64,000 bases of DNA from the NCBI GenBank assembly GCA_034006765.1, contig JAVESF010000003.1, forward strand, positions 34,218-98,217, in the 5' to 3' direction. Source of the DNA: Acholeplasma sp. (GTDB lineage Bacteria > Bacillota_I > Bacilli_A > Acholeplasmatales > UBA5453). Position 1 is the first letter of the stretch. Every line of letters begins with the position of its first letter. Below are positions 1-9,461 of the stretch, one piece after another. The position numbers and the translations under genes were made by a program. The notes beneath the pieces are model-generated. The model searched no databases. It was not told where the DNA came from and saw only the letters and a program-made list of their open reading frames with translations.

Positions 1-15
1 ACCATTGATAAAGAC

Positions 16-52
16 AGTACTTTAGGCTAATGCCCTAAGTGCTTTTATTTTT
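16..52 (+). terminator. probable rho-independent terminator of the upstream (off-window) gene
   Basis: Imperfect hairpin: 16-22 pairs with 37-43 and 24-26 with 34-36, with one bulge. It is followed by TTTTATTTTT. Confidence 0.45.
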
Positions 53-88
53 ATAAAAATATAGTGTAAAACACAAGGAGTATAGATT

Positions 89-1156
89 ATGGAAATTGTA
101 TTGAACAGATTGACAAAAGTATTTGTCGCGAAGAACAAGCAAGAAACCAGAGCGGTTGACAATTTAAATATTGTGATCCCATCTGGGAAGTTGGTTGGAT
201 TACTAGGGCCTTCAGGTTGTGGTAAAACAACGACACTTTTTATGATTGCAGGGCTTCACAAACCTACAGCAGGTAGAATTCTTTTTGGAACAGAAGATGT
301 TACAAAGTTAACTGCGGATAAAAGAGGCATTGGATTGGTATTCCAAAACTATGCACTATATCCTCATATGACTGTTAGACAAAACATCATGTTTCCACTA
401 GAAAACTTAAAGGTAGAGTATGAAGAAGCGGTAGCCAGAGTAACAGAAATGGCTAAACTAGTTGGTATTGAAGACCAATTAGACAAAAAACCATCTGAAC
501 TATCAGGTGGACAACAACAACGTGTTGCGATCGCTCGTGCGCTTGTTAAAAAACCAAGAGTGCTTCTGTTAGATGAACCACTATCAAACTTGGATGCTAG
601 ATTACGTCTTCAAACACGTGAAGAAATCAAACGTATTCAAAGAGAAACAGGTATTACAACCATTTTCGTTACACATGACCAAGAAGAAGCAATGAGTATT
701 TCTGATGAAATCGTGGTTATGGAAAAAGGTGTGGTTCAACAAAAAGATGAACCACAACAAGTGTATTACAATCCAACAAATTTATTTGTTGCAAAATTCT
801 TAGGAAGCCCAGCTATTAACGTAACGAGAGGCGAAATTAAAGACAACAAGCTTTATTTTGGCGGTAAGTTCTTCGTTAATAAGAAAGCTAAAGATGGCCT
901 TTATGATGTTGGGATGAGACCTGAAAACTTTAAAGTTGCAGAAACAGGTTCAAAAGTAGATGTCACTGATGTGGATATCATTGGTAGAGATACCATCATC
1001 CGCTTCAACTTAGGTGATCAACAAGTAAGAGCTTTGGTAGATTCTGAAACAGTGGAAGATATTAAAGAAATCAAATTAACGATTAAAGATGAAAAGATTT
1101 TATTATTCGACATTGAAACAGGAAAAGTTGTTTTAGACTCAAAAAAAGAAAGGTAA
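89..1156 (+). CDS. ABC transporter ATP-binding subunit, CUT1 sugar/glycerol-phosphate type (MalK/UgpC/MsmK-like) with C-terminal regulatory domain
   Basis: Walker A GPSGCGKTT, signature LSGGQQQRVAIARAL, Walker B VLLLDEPLS, H-loop VTHDQ. AAGGAG RBS 8 nt upstream of the ATG. Confidence 0.9.
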   Translation: MEIVLNRLTKVFVAKNKQETRAVDNLNIVIPSGKLVGLLGPSGCGKTTTLFMIAGLHKPTAGRILFGTEDVTKLTADKRGIGLVFQNYALYPHMTVRQNIMFPLENLKVEYEEAVARVTEMAKLVGIEDQLDKKPSELSGGQQQRVAIARALVKKPRVLLLDEPLSNLDARLRLQTREEIKRIQRETGITTIFVTHDQEEAMSISDEIVVMEKGVVQQKDEPQQVYYNPTNLFVAKFLGSPAINVTRGEIKDNKLYFGGKFFVNKKAKDGLYDVGMRPENFKVAETGSKVDVTDVDIIGRDTIIRFNLGDQQVRALVDSETVEDIKEIKLTIKDEKILLFDIETGKVVLDSKKER

Positions 1157-1163
1157 GGGTTTA

Positions 1164-2492
1164 ATGATGTTTAAGAAGATTACTCGTAACATTAAATCAT
1201 TCTTTTCAAAAGTAAACTGGTCCACTAGAAACGTATACTTAACCGTGAAACGTGCTATAGGGGGCGTATTTAGAAAATTTTGGTCGATCGTTACACAAGA
1301 AGAAAAACGCATCGAACGCAATCGAATGAAACTCGATTTTGTTCTAAAATATTTAAATCTTGATGGTAAGGACATCGATATTCAACTTGACTTGGACATT
1401 GCAGAAATTAGAAAAGATTTAGTTGAAAAGAAAAAAGCATTATCGGTTACTTACAAAAAAGACAAGAACCAAAGTGTTCTTAACGAATTAAACACGGTCA
1501 GTCGTGTGATCAAGTACTTACCTGATGACAACCGCACGATTAACAGAAAAGGCGACAGAAAAGTCGAAACCAATAAGTTCATTAAAGCGATGATTTACTT
1601 ATCACCTGCATTAATCCTATTGGCAGTATTTACTTTCTGGCCAATCATCAATACATTAAGATTATTGATTTATGTTGGATATACTGAATCAGATGGTTCT
1701 ATCCAAGGGTATACAATCTTTGGAAACTTTATTAAAGTTATCAGTCAAAGAGGCTTCATCAGACCTTCAGCAGGGACCTTCTCAAGTGCATTAATCAATA
1801 CATTATTGATGGCATTTATCTCAGTACCTATTTCAATCGTTGTTGCATTATTGATTGCAGCTGGATTGAACTCAATTAAAGGACTAAAAGGGTTTTTCCA
1901 AACCATATTCTTCTTACCTTATGTAACCAACACAATTGCGATTGCATTAGTATTTAAGTTTATGTTTAACGAAAACTTCGGTTTGATCAATACAATGTTA
2001 GGTTGGATTGGTATTGATAAGGTGAATTGGCTATCCACTAATGCCAACTATTGGGCAGTTATGGGTGTCATGGTTATCTATTCAGTATGGGATTCATTAG
2101 CGTTTAAAATTATGGTGTTCTTATCTGCAATTCAAGGTATTGACAAACAATACTACCAAGCGGCAGATATCGATGCAACGCCAAAATCCAAAGTATTTAG
2201 AAAGATTACAGTCCCTCTTATTTCACCAATGATATTTTACATCATGGTAACGTCAATTATCGGGGCATTAAAGGTTTACTCATCCGTAATCACATTGATT
2301 AATGAAGCGGGTGAAATCCGAGGTGCAACCTATAAGATGAAAACCATTGTTATGTACATTTATGAATACTTGAATACTAGAGCACCTGGTAACTTATCGT
2401 TAGCAGCTGCCTCATCAGTTGTACTATTTGGTATTATTCTACTGTTCACATTAGTACAAATGCAGGCAAGTAAGAAGAGAGTGCACTACTAA
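1164..2492 (+). CDS. ABC transporter permease (MalF/UgpA-like) with a roughly 140-aa hydrophilic N-terminal extension
   Basis: Multiple hydrophobic helices. EAA loop YYQAADIDATPKSKVFRKITVPLISP. Starts 8 nt after the ATPase stop. Confidence 0.8.
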   Translation: MMFKKITRNIKSFFSKVNWSTRNVYLTVKRAIGGVFRKFWSIVTQEEKRIERNRMKLDFVLKYLNLDGKDIDIQLDLDIAEIRKDLVEKKKALSVTYKKDKNQSVLNELNTVSRVIKYLPDDNRTINRKGDRKVETNKFIKAMIYLSPALILLAVFTFWPIINTLRLLIYVGYTESDGSIQGYTIFGNFIKVISQRGFIRPSAGTFSSALINTLLMAFISVPISIVVALLIAAGLNSIKGLKGFFQTIFFLPYVTNTIAIALVFKFMFNENFGLINTMLGWIGIDKVNWLSTNANYWAVMGVMVIYSVWDSLAFKIMVFLSAIQGIDKQYYQAADIDATPKSKVFRKITVPLISPMIFYIMVTSIIGALKVYSSVITLINEAGEIRGATYKMKTIVMYIYEYLNTRAPGNLSLAAASSVVLFGIILLFTLVQMQASKKRVHY

Positions 2493-3901
2493 TGGGGGCA
2501 ATTATGGAAAAGAAATATTTAAATAGATGGAAATTAACCGATAAATTTGTGTTAGCCGCCGATGCGATTGCAGTGATTTTATATTTGGCGTTCTTCATTA
2601 AGGCATTTATCGATATTCCAATACCTACAAAAGAAGAACTTGTAGATGTTAACTTTATCTTCAACGGTTTTCAAATGAGCATCCTTGCGATATTCGCAAT
2701 GATCGCCACACCATTACTAGTTATCGATTCAAAAACACACTTTAACAAAGTTGAATACGAAATCGATGCTTGGTATGGTGGCAATACCTTTGTTAAAGGA
2801 CTTATCTCATTGTTGTTACTAAACCCAGTGAGTGCAATTTTAAGATTTTACAACACACACAATGTGTTAAAGTTTGCTACAGGTCACAGTTACATTGAAG
2901 CGATCAAAAATATGGGTCGCTGGTTTAAACAAAAATTAGAAGCGTTTAAAAATAGAAAAAACAGTCCTGATCATGAAGGAGAAGCGACTGATGAAGAAGT
3001 TAGATTACGTAAAAAGATACGTACTCAAACCATCGGTATTGCTGGGAAATCCATCTTGCTTTATGGGTTAATTGGGATTGCAGCAGCATTCGTATTCTTA
3101 CCATTCTATTGGATGATTTTAACAGCTTTAAAGACGTTTGAAGAAACTCAATCGACTAATCCTTCATTCTTTGTTGCATTAAAAGACATGCAATGGGTTA
3201 ACTTTAAATATGTTTTAAATGAAATGGACTTCGGTTTATACATTTACAACACGTTATTGGTTGGGGTTATTTCAACGCTTGGTACAGTTGTAACGACTGT
3301 GTTTGCAGCTTTTGCTTTTTCTAGAATTGACTTTAAAGGTAGAGACACCTTATTCTCAATTTTATTAATGACCATGATGATTCCTGGTGAATTATACATC
3401 ATTACAAACTTCGTAACAGTTGCACAATTCGGATGGATTTCAAGTGCAGGAAATAAAGTATTCCTTGCGATGATTATTCCGTTTATGACAAGTGTATTTT
3501 ACATATTCTTCTTACGTCAAACATTTAAACAAATTCCAAACAGCTTATATCAAGCCGCACAGGTTGATGGCTGTAGCGATTTTAAATATTTGGTAAGGGT
3601 TATGTTACCAATTGCTGGACCTACCGTGTTCACAATTACCATTTTAAGTGTTATCGGTTCATGGAACGCCTTCATCTGGCCAAGATTAATGGCAAGTATG
3701 TTACCGAATAATAACGAAAGTTTTTATCTAATTTCAGTCGCACTGAATAAAGCTTCATTCATGGATCCAGAAGGTATGAGATTGATGTACAACCTTCAGA
3801 TCGCCGCCAGTGCACTGGTTACAATACCACTTTTAATCGTTTTCTTAGCTTTAAGAAAATATATTATTAGAGGCGTAGGAAGATCCGGTATTAAAGGATA
3901 A
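2492..3901 (+). CDS. ABC transporter permease (MalG/UgpE-like) with a roughly 190-aa N-terminal extension containing extra TM helices
   Basis: EAA loop LYQAAQVDGCSDFKYLVRVMLPIAGP. The ATG overlaps the upstream TAA (TAATG). The start could instead be the Met at 2504. Confidence 0.8.
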   Translation: MGAIMEKKYLNRWKLTDKFVLAADAIAVILYLAFFIKAFIDIPIPTKEELVDVNFIFNGFQMSILAIFAMIATPLLVIDSKTHFNKVEYEIDAWYGGNTFVKGLISLLLLNPVSAILRFYNTHNVLKFATGHSYIEAIKNMGRWFKQKLEAFKNRKNSPDHEGEATDEEVRLRKKIRTQTIGIAGKSILLYGLIGIAAAFVFLPFYWMILTALKTFEETQSTNPSFFVALKDMQWVNFKYVLNEMDFGLYIYNTLLVGVISTLGTVVTTVFAAFAFSRIDFKGRDTLFSILLMTMMIPGELYIITNFVTVAQFGWISSAGNKVFLAMIIPFMTSVFYIFFLRQTFKQIPNSLYQAAQVDGCSDFKYLVRVMLPIAGPTVFTITILSVIGSWNAFIWPRLMASMLPNNNESFYLISVALNKASFMDPEGMRLMYNLQIAASALVTIPLLIVFLALRKYIIRGVGRSGIKG

Positions 3902-3914
3902 TAGGAGGGTTTAA

Positions 3915-5963
3915 ATGAAAAAAATAGCTTCATTTTTGATTGCAGTCGTTGCAGTCATTACACTAGCTGCTTGTGCTAACGTTAGAGCAAGTGCGCCAGT
4001 GTTCGAAGGTATTCCTGAAGGTAAAACCATCACCATTACAGATGGAGATGTGTTTGATCCAAAAGCAGGAATTACTGCGAAAGATACAAAAGATAAAGAC
4101 CTAACAGCATCTATTATTGTTGAAGGGTTAGACTCAGACAAATTAGCGGGCGGTGTTTGGATCGGTGGTCCAGGTAACTACTCATATAAGATTTCAGTTA
4201 CTAATAGCGCTAAAATTACAACTGAAGAAAATATTACTTTGATTGTAAATGCTAAAGAAGGTCAAGAAGCAACACCACCAGTGATTGAAGGGGCATATTC
4301 AAACCAAGTGTATTACATTGGTTCAAACCCTTATGATCCACTAGAAGGTGTAACAGCTAGAGATACTATCGATGGCGACATCACTGGAGAACTTAAAGTA
4401 AAAGGCACACCTTATACTGCAAGACCTGGGGTTTCTAATTTCACCATTGAAGTAAAAAATAGTGCTGGTTATACCACTTCAATTGCAGTGGCATTAACAG
4501 TTAAGGCTAAGTATGAAATTCCTGAAGCTTTGACAACTGATCCAATTGAAATCACTTTCTGGCATTCAAACGGTGATTCAATCGAAGCAGAATTGAAAAA
4601 ATATGCTTTAGACTTCCAAACGTTATATCCAAATATAACCGTTAACGTCGTTAAGAAAGAACAAACTTATTCTGTATTAAAAGATACAGTGGTTAAGGCA
4701 GCTGGTACTAATAGCTTACCTAACTTGGTTCAATCTTACCCAGATCACGTTATGGAGTACTTATCATATAATGCACTAGTCAGCGTATCTCCTTATTATG
4801 CTCACCCTGTTCATGGTTATTCTACAACAGACGCTAAAGAAAGTTTTGCAGACATCATTGGTTCATACAGAACTGAAAATAGCCAATATACAAAAGATGG
4901 CGATTTCTATGCATTACCTTTTAATAAATCAACGGAAGTATTAGCGTATAATAAGACTGTATACGATATGTTAGTGGCAGCTGGTAAAGCACCTGCTGAA
5001 TTCCCATCAACATGGCAAGACATTATCGCTTTAGCACCAGCATATAGAGAAATTGCAGCTGGATACTTCAAGACCAACCAAACATTTGTAAATACCAACG
5101 GTTCACAAGCTCAAAAAGCTTTATTTACAGATGATAATATTGCCTTGATGACCGAAAAATTCGTACCATTCTCATATGACTCAACTGACAATGCATTCAT
5201 TACATTGACTAAACAATGGGGTGGCGAATATACAGGTATTGACGAAAGTAGAAATGGTGTTATTAAGTTTGATAATCCTCAAACTAGAAACATGTTACAA
5301 TTCTTCTACGACAATAAAGCAAGCATTACTGTACCAGGTAACTGGGGTGATTCATACAGCTATGCATCAGATATCTTCAAAAATGGATTCACATTCATTA
5401 CAATCGGTTCAACCGGTGGTATCAGATACAATGCGCCAATTCTAATTAACAATGAAGCAAACAACGTAAATGAGTATTTATTTGAAGTAGGCGTTACACC
5501 AATGCCATACAACAAGGAAATGCCTGAAAACTGGACAGCGATTCAACAAGGTACTAACGTATCTATCACATCAGCTGGTACAGAACAACAAAAACTAGCT
5601 TCATGGTATTTCTTAAAACACTTAACAAGCTACGATGTGCAATTAGACTTCTCAATGAATATCGGATATTCTCCAGTTAGAACTTCTGTCTATTCAGATC
5701 CAGCATTTATCCAATTTACAAAAGGTCTTGACAAAGAAGGTAAAGCTTTAAGAGGCGCGAACTATTTAATGAGCCAAGCAATCAATGCAGCAGCCATTCA
5801 AAAAGACGTACAATTCTTTGACCAAGCATTCGTAGGTTCATCTACATCAAGAGCCGCAGTCGGTATTGCGTTTAACCAAGTGATGTTGGCTACAAACCCA
5901 AATATCATTAACATTGCGATTCAACAAGCAGTAGATGAAGCTAAAAAGGTACTCGGTAACTAA
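3915..5963 (+). CDS. lipoprotein: two N-terminal bacterial Ig-like (DUF5011-like) domains fused to a family-1 extracellular solute-binding domain
   Basis: Signal peptide with lipobox TLAAC (Cys20). Two similar roughly 80-aa modules (DGDVFDPKAGITAKD and NPYDPLEGVTARDTIDGDIT). The SBP core begins at IEITFWHSNGDS. AGGAGG RBS. Confidence 0.8.
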   Translation: MKKIASFLIAVVAVITLAACANVRASAPVFEGIPEGKTITITDGDVFDPKAGITAKDTKDKDLTASIIVEGLDSDKLAGGVWIGGPGNYSYKISVTNSAKITTEENITLIVNAKEGQEATPPVIEGAYSNQVYYIGSNPYDPLEGVTARDTIDGDITGELKVKGTPYTARPGVSNFTIEVKNSAGYTTSIAVALTVKAKYEIPEALTTDPIEITFWHSNGDSIEAELKKYALDFQTLYPNITVNVVKKEQTYSVLKDTVVKAAGTNSLPNLVQSYPDHVMEYLSYNALVSVSPYYAHPVHGYSTTDAKESFADIIGSYRTENSQYTKDGDFYALPFNKSTEVLAYNKTVYDMLVAAGKAPAEFPSTWQDIIALAPAYREIAAGYFKTNQTFVNTNGSQAQKALFTDDNIALMTEKFVPFSYDSTDNAFITLTKQWGGEYTGIDESRNGVIKFDNPQTRNMLQFFYDNKASITVPGNWGDSYSYASDIFKNGFTFITIGSTGGIRYNAPILINNEANNVNEYLFEVGVTPMPYNKEMPENWTAIQQGTNVSITSAGTEQQKLASWYFLKHLTSYDVQLDFSMNIGYSPVRTSVYSDPAFIQFTKGLDKEGKALRGANYLMSQAINAAAIQKDVQFFDQAFVGSSTSRAAVGIAFNQVMLATNPNIINIAIQQAVDEAKKVLGN

Positions 5964-6010
5964 GGTTTTAATTATTGAATTTTCAATAAAGAAAATATAG
6001 GAGGAGAAAT

Positions 6011-9000
6011 ATGAAAATCGGATTCAAACGATTGACTATGGTATTAGCATTACTAAGCGTAGTATTGCTAGCCGCATGTGGTAAAACAGACACCACATTG
6101 AAAGATGCCGTTGCAGATTTAACAATCCAATACGCATCAGGAGACAGCGTTACATCTGTCACTAAGGATTTACCTACACTACCTTCAAAAGTAGGCGAAG
6201 TTACAATTACTTGGGTTTCAAGTAATACAGCAGTTGTATCAAATGCCGGAGTTGTTACAAGACCAGCAGCTGATACTAAGGTGAAACTTACTGCTACATT
6301 AACTTTTGATGGCAAATCAGAAACTAAAGATTTCGAATTCACAGTTAAAGCTGTTGAAGGACCATCTCAAGCAGAAAAAGATGCAGCAAAAGCTGCTTTA
6401 GAAGCTGTATATGCAGATACTATTGGCGATCTTGAATATGAAGTAACTGAAAACTTAGAATTAGTTACTACTGTTGCAGGTAATGCCGTAACATGGACTA
6501 CTGCAAATGCAGAATTAATCACTACTGCCGGTGTTGTTACAAGACCTGCATATAGCGTTAATGGTGGACAAACAGTTTTATTAACTGCTACAATTAACGT
6601 TAAAGGTGAAGAAGTAGTAGTTGAATTCTTTGCATTCGTTAAAGGCTTAGACAGAACTGTTGAAGAAATCTTAACAGCAGCTGTTAACCTAGGCGCAGCG
6701 TTCACTTCAGACATTGCAACTGACGGTATTACTTCTAATCAAACACTACAAACTTCAGTGAAATACGAAGAAACTACATACACAATCGTATGGTCATCTT
6801 CACATCCAGAAGTAATGGCAATTGATGGTAAAGTCACTAGACCTGCAATCGGAAACGATGACGTAATGGTTACAATGACTGCTACAATTACCCATGAAGG
6901 TGTTACAGTTACTAAAGATGTCGTATTCAAAGTACTTTCTTACAAACCAAGTAGAGTATTTGAAAACATCAATGATTTATATACTGGTGATGGAAGAGCT
7001 AAAGACGGCGAATATGTTAAAGTTAAAGGCGTTAAAGTATTAGGTAAGATCAATGATGGTATTTTCTTACATGACGGCGCTAACATCCTTTATGTATTTG
7101 ACAGAAGCAAAGTTATCTACAACACATTAGAAGTTGGTAAAGTATACGATGTTGAAGGTGAATTTGACATTTATTATAGTGCAGGACAACTTGCAAACTA
7201 TGCACCAAACTCATTAACTGCTGTAGAATCAACTGAAGTTGTTGCTGACTTAGCCGCAACTCCAATCGAATACGAAGCATTAATCGACGGATTAGCATTA
7301 CCTACAAATCCAAGTGAACTTCAAGTGTTCTATGAATACACTCGCTTCACAGCTAAAGTTATCGTAGATACTCAAGAAGGCGATACATCAAGCTATAAAT
7401 ACTGGTTAGTACCAGAAGATTATGCTGATACTAAAGTTATCAAGACTGTAGATAGTAAAAAAGCAATCGAATACTTAACTAAGTATGTAAGTAATGTTTA
7501 TTACCAATCTAATTCAGAAGCATTTGCAGAATTAAATGGTAAAGTTGTAACCATCGACTTCTTAATGTATGGATTCAGATCAGACAGATTTGTATGGTAT
7601 GGACTATTCTTTGACGATGTTACAGATATCGTAGTTGAATTTGAAAACGATGCAGCCGCAATGGCAGCAGCCAAAGCAGTTATTGAAACTTCAGTTCCTG
7701 CTGATATCGTTGATGCAACTACTTTAGATCTAATCAAATCAATCCATGGCACAACAGTTGCTTGGACATCAAATAACGAAGCAGTTATTAACTCTACAAC
7801 AGGTGTGGTTACACCAGTTGACGGTGTGTTAACTCCAGTTGAATTAACCGCTACTATTTCTATCGGAACAGAAACTGACGTTATAGTTAAAATTCCAGTG
7901 AATGTAGGCGAACTTCCTGTTATTACAGTTAAAGAAGCTTTAGAAACAGCAGCTAACGGATTAGTACGTTTCAATGCCACAGTATTTGCAACTGACACGC
8001 GTGGGAACTATTATGTATCTGATGGAACTAACGCTTTAACAGTACGTGTATCTACTTCATCAGAACTAAATACAACTTTAGCAGCTAACATAGGAAAAGA
8101 AGTAGAGTTTATCGGTTCTAGATCTGACTATAATGGTCTAAAACAAGTATCCCCTACAGGCGTTAAAGTTTTAGGTGCAGGTGATGCTATTGCTCCAGTA
8201 AATGCAGATGCGTTAGAATTATCAGCAGCTGGATTAATCGGATTACAATCAGCATTAGTTGAACTTAAAGGTATGAGTGTCACTTCAAGAACTACTACTC
8301 CAAGTAAAGATGCTACATACAATACTACTTCAATCATCTTAACTCAAGTTTCTTCTAGCAAAACTATCGAATTAAGATGGGATGACAGAGTTGTATTAAC
8401 AACTGAAGCTAAAGCTGAACTAGATAAATTGGTAGTTGGCGAAATTGTTGAAGTTGCAACAGTAGTTGGTTGGTATAATAACCCACAATTATTAGGATTG
8501 AATGTTCTAAAAGTTGTTGTTATTCCTCAAAATGATGCAGCAAAACTAGCGGCAGATGCAGCAGCAATTGAAGACATTACATTATCAGCTGCAGGTGCAA
8601 TCGAACTTCCTGCTGTTGGTGCAAATGGTTCAGCAATTGCTTATGCATTCAAAGATGCAGAAGGCACTAATAATTCATTAATCGACTTAACTACTAAAAC
8701 AGTTACAATGCCTCTAGAAGGTCAAGTTGTTGTCGTATTAGTTGCAACACTTACTTTAGGAGAAGAAGCAGCTGTTGATGTTGAAATCAATGTTACTTTA
8801 GGGACACCTGTTTCCTCAGGTTTTGCTACAGATTTATTCATCTCTGAGTACATCGAAGGATCATCTAGCAATAAAGCATTGGAAATCTACAATGGCACAG
8901 GTGCTACAGTTGATTTATCAGCATATAAACTTGCAATGTACAACAACGGTAAAACAGAACAATCAAATATTTTACAGTTGACTGGAACTCTAGCACATGG

Positions 9001-9322
9001 TGAAGTTATTGTCATCGTTAATGCTGGTGCAACAGCTGCATTTAAAGTTGATGGCGCTATTGAACACACTATTACATATTTTAATGGCGATGACGCAATT
9101 GTTCTACTTAAGAATGATGAAATCATTGATTTAATTGGTGTTGTTGGGGTTGACCCAGGTACTTCATGGCCAGTTGGAACAGGCGCTACTGCAGAATTTA
9201 CACTTGTAAGAAATGCAGCAGTTACAAGTCCAAATAAGACTTTTACTGAATCTGAATGGGATGTCCATCCAGTTGATACAGCAACTTTCATTGGTTCTCA
9301 TACAATGACTCCTGCTGCTTAA
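6011..9322 (+). CDS. large surface lipoprotein: five Ig-like repeats, two pairs of YhcR-like OB folds and a C-terminal lamin-tail domain (LTD), with no recognisable catalytic domain
   Basis: Lipobox LLAAC (Cys23). Repeated motif TW(T/V)SSN..(V/I)...G(V)VTRPA...V.LTAT. OB-like segments GEYVKVKGVKVLGKINDGIFLHDG and VRFNATVFATDTRGNYYVSDGTNALTV. LTD segment LFISEYIEGSSSNKALEIYNGTGATVDLSAYKL. AGGAGG RBS. Confidence 0.7.
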   Translation: MKIGFKRLTMVLALLSVVLLAACGKTDTTLKDAVADLTIQYASGDSVTSVTKDLPTLPSKVGEVTITWVSSNTAVVSNAGVVTRPAADTKVKLTATLTFDGKSETKDFEFTVKAVEGPSQAEKDAAKAALEAVYADTIGDLEYEVTENLELVTTVAGNAVTWTTANAELITTAGVVTRPAYSVNGGQTVLLTATINVKGEEVVVEFFAFVKGLDRTVEEILTAAVNLGAAFTSDIATDGITSNQTLQTSVKYEETTYTIVWSSSHPEVMAIDGKVTRPAIGNDDVMVTMTATITHEGVTVTKDVVFKVLSYKPSRVFENINDLYTGDGRAKDGEYVKVKGVKVLGKINDGIFLHDGANILYVFDRSKVIYNTLEVGKVYDVEGEFDIYYSAGQLANYAPNSLTAVESTEVVADLAATPIEYEALIDGLALPTNPSELQVFYEYTRFTAKVIVDTQEGDTSSYKYWLVPEDYADTKVIKTVDSKKAIEYLTKYVSNVYYQSNSEAFAELNGKVVTIDFLMYGFRSDRFVWYGLFFDDVTDIVVEFENDAAAMAAAKAVIETSVPADIVDATTLDLIKSIHGTTVAWTSNNEAVINSTTGVVTPVDGVLTPVELTATISIGTETDVIVKIPVNVGELPVITVKEALETAANGLVRFNATVFATDTRGNYYVSDGTNALTVRVSTSSELNTTLAANIGKEVEFIGSRSDYNGLKQVSPTGVKVLGAGDAIAPVNADALELSAAGLIGLQSALVELKGMSVTSRTTTPSKDATYNTTSIILTQVSSSKTIELRWDDRVVLTTEAKAELDKLVVGEIVEVATVVGWYNNPQLLGLNVLKVVVIPQNDAAKLAADAAAIEDITLSAAGAIELPAVGANGSAIAYAFKDAEGTNNSLIDLTTKTVTMPLEGQVVVVLVATLTLGEEAAVDVEINVTLGTPVSSGFATDLFISEYIEGSSSNKALEIYNGTGATVDLSAYKLAMYNNGKTEQSNILQLTGTLAHGEVIVIVNAGATAAFKVDGAIEHTITYFNGDDAIVLLKNDEIIDLIGVVGVDPGTSWPVGTGATAEFTLVRNAAVTSPNKTFTESEWDVHPVDTATFIGSHTMTPAA
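6116..6937 (+). repeat. three tandem protein-level Ig-like repeats inside CDS 6011..9322; further copies at about 7649..7909 and 8534..8800
   Basis: ITWVSSNTAVVSNAGVVTRPAADTKVKLTATL, VTWTTANAELITTAGVVTRPAYSVNGGQTVLLTATI, IVWSSSHPEVMAIDGKVTRPAIGNDDVMVTMTATI, and later VAWTSNNEAVINSTTGVVTPVDGVLTPVELTATI. Boundaries are approximate. Confidence 0.7.
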
Positions 9323-9336
9323 TAGATTAATCAATT

Positions 9337-9368
9337 AAAGGACGTATTCGAAAGGATACGTCCTTTTT
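9337..9368 (+). terminator. rho-independent terminator after the 1103-aa lipoprotein gene
   Basis: Perfect stem GGACGTAT (9340-9347) with ATACGTCC (9356-9363), flanked by AAA/TTT, then TTTTT. Confidence 0.85.
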
Positions 9369-9393
9369 GTATTATCTTTCCCATCTTTTTGGT

Positions 9394-9425
9394 TATGTAT
9401 TATTAATACATATTTGTGGTATAAT
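9394..9425 (+). promoter_or_regulatory. candidate promoter of the nuclease gene, with a 19-bp perfect palindrome at the -35 position
   Basis: Palindrome TATGTATTA-T-TAATACATA at 9394-9412. Extended -10 TGgTATAAT at 9417-9425. No good -35 hexamer. Confidence 0.5.
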
Positions 9426-9461
9426 AGTAATGCACTATTTTTTTAGTAGAGGAGATTTATT

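Noticed and set aside
3915-3930. A6-A7 tracts at the start of the lipoprotein genes (3915, 9462, 55634, 60977, 62550) as possible phase-variation switches.
   Set aside because: They simply encode the Lys-Lys of signal-peptide n-regions (ATG AAA AAA). They are short compared with known mollicute contingency tracts. No other sign of variable gene families was seen.
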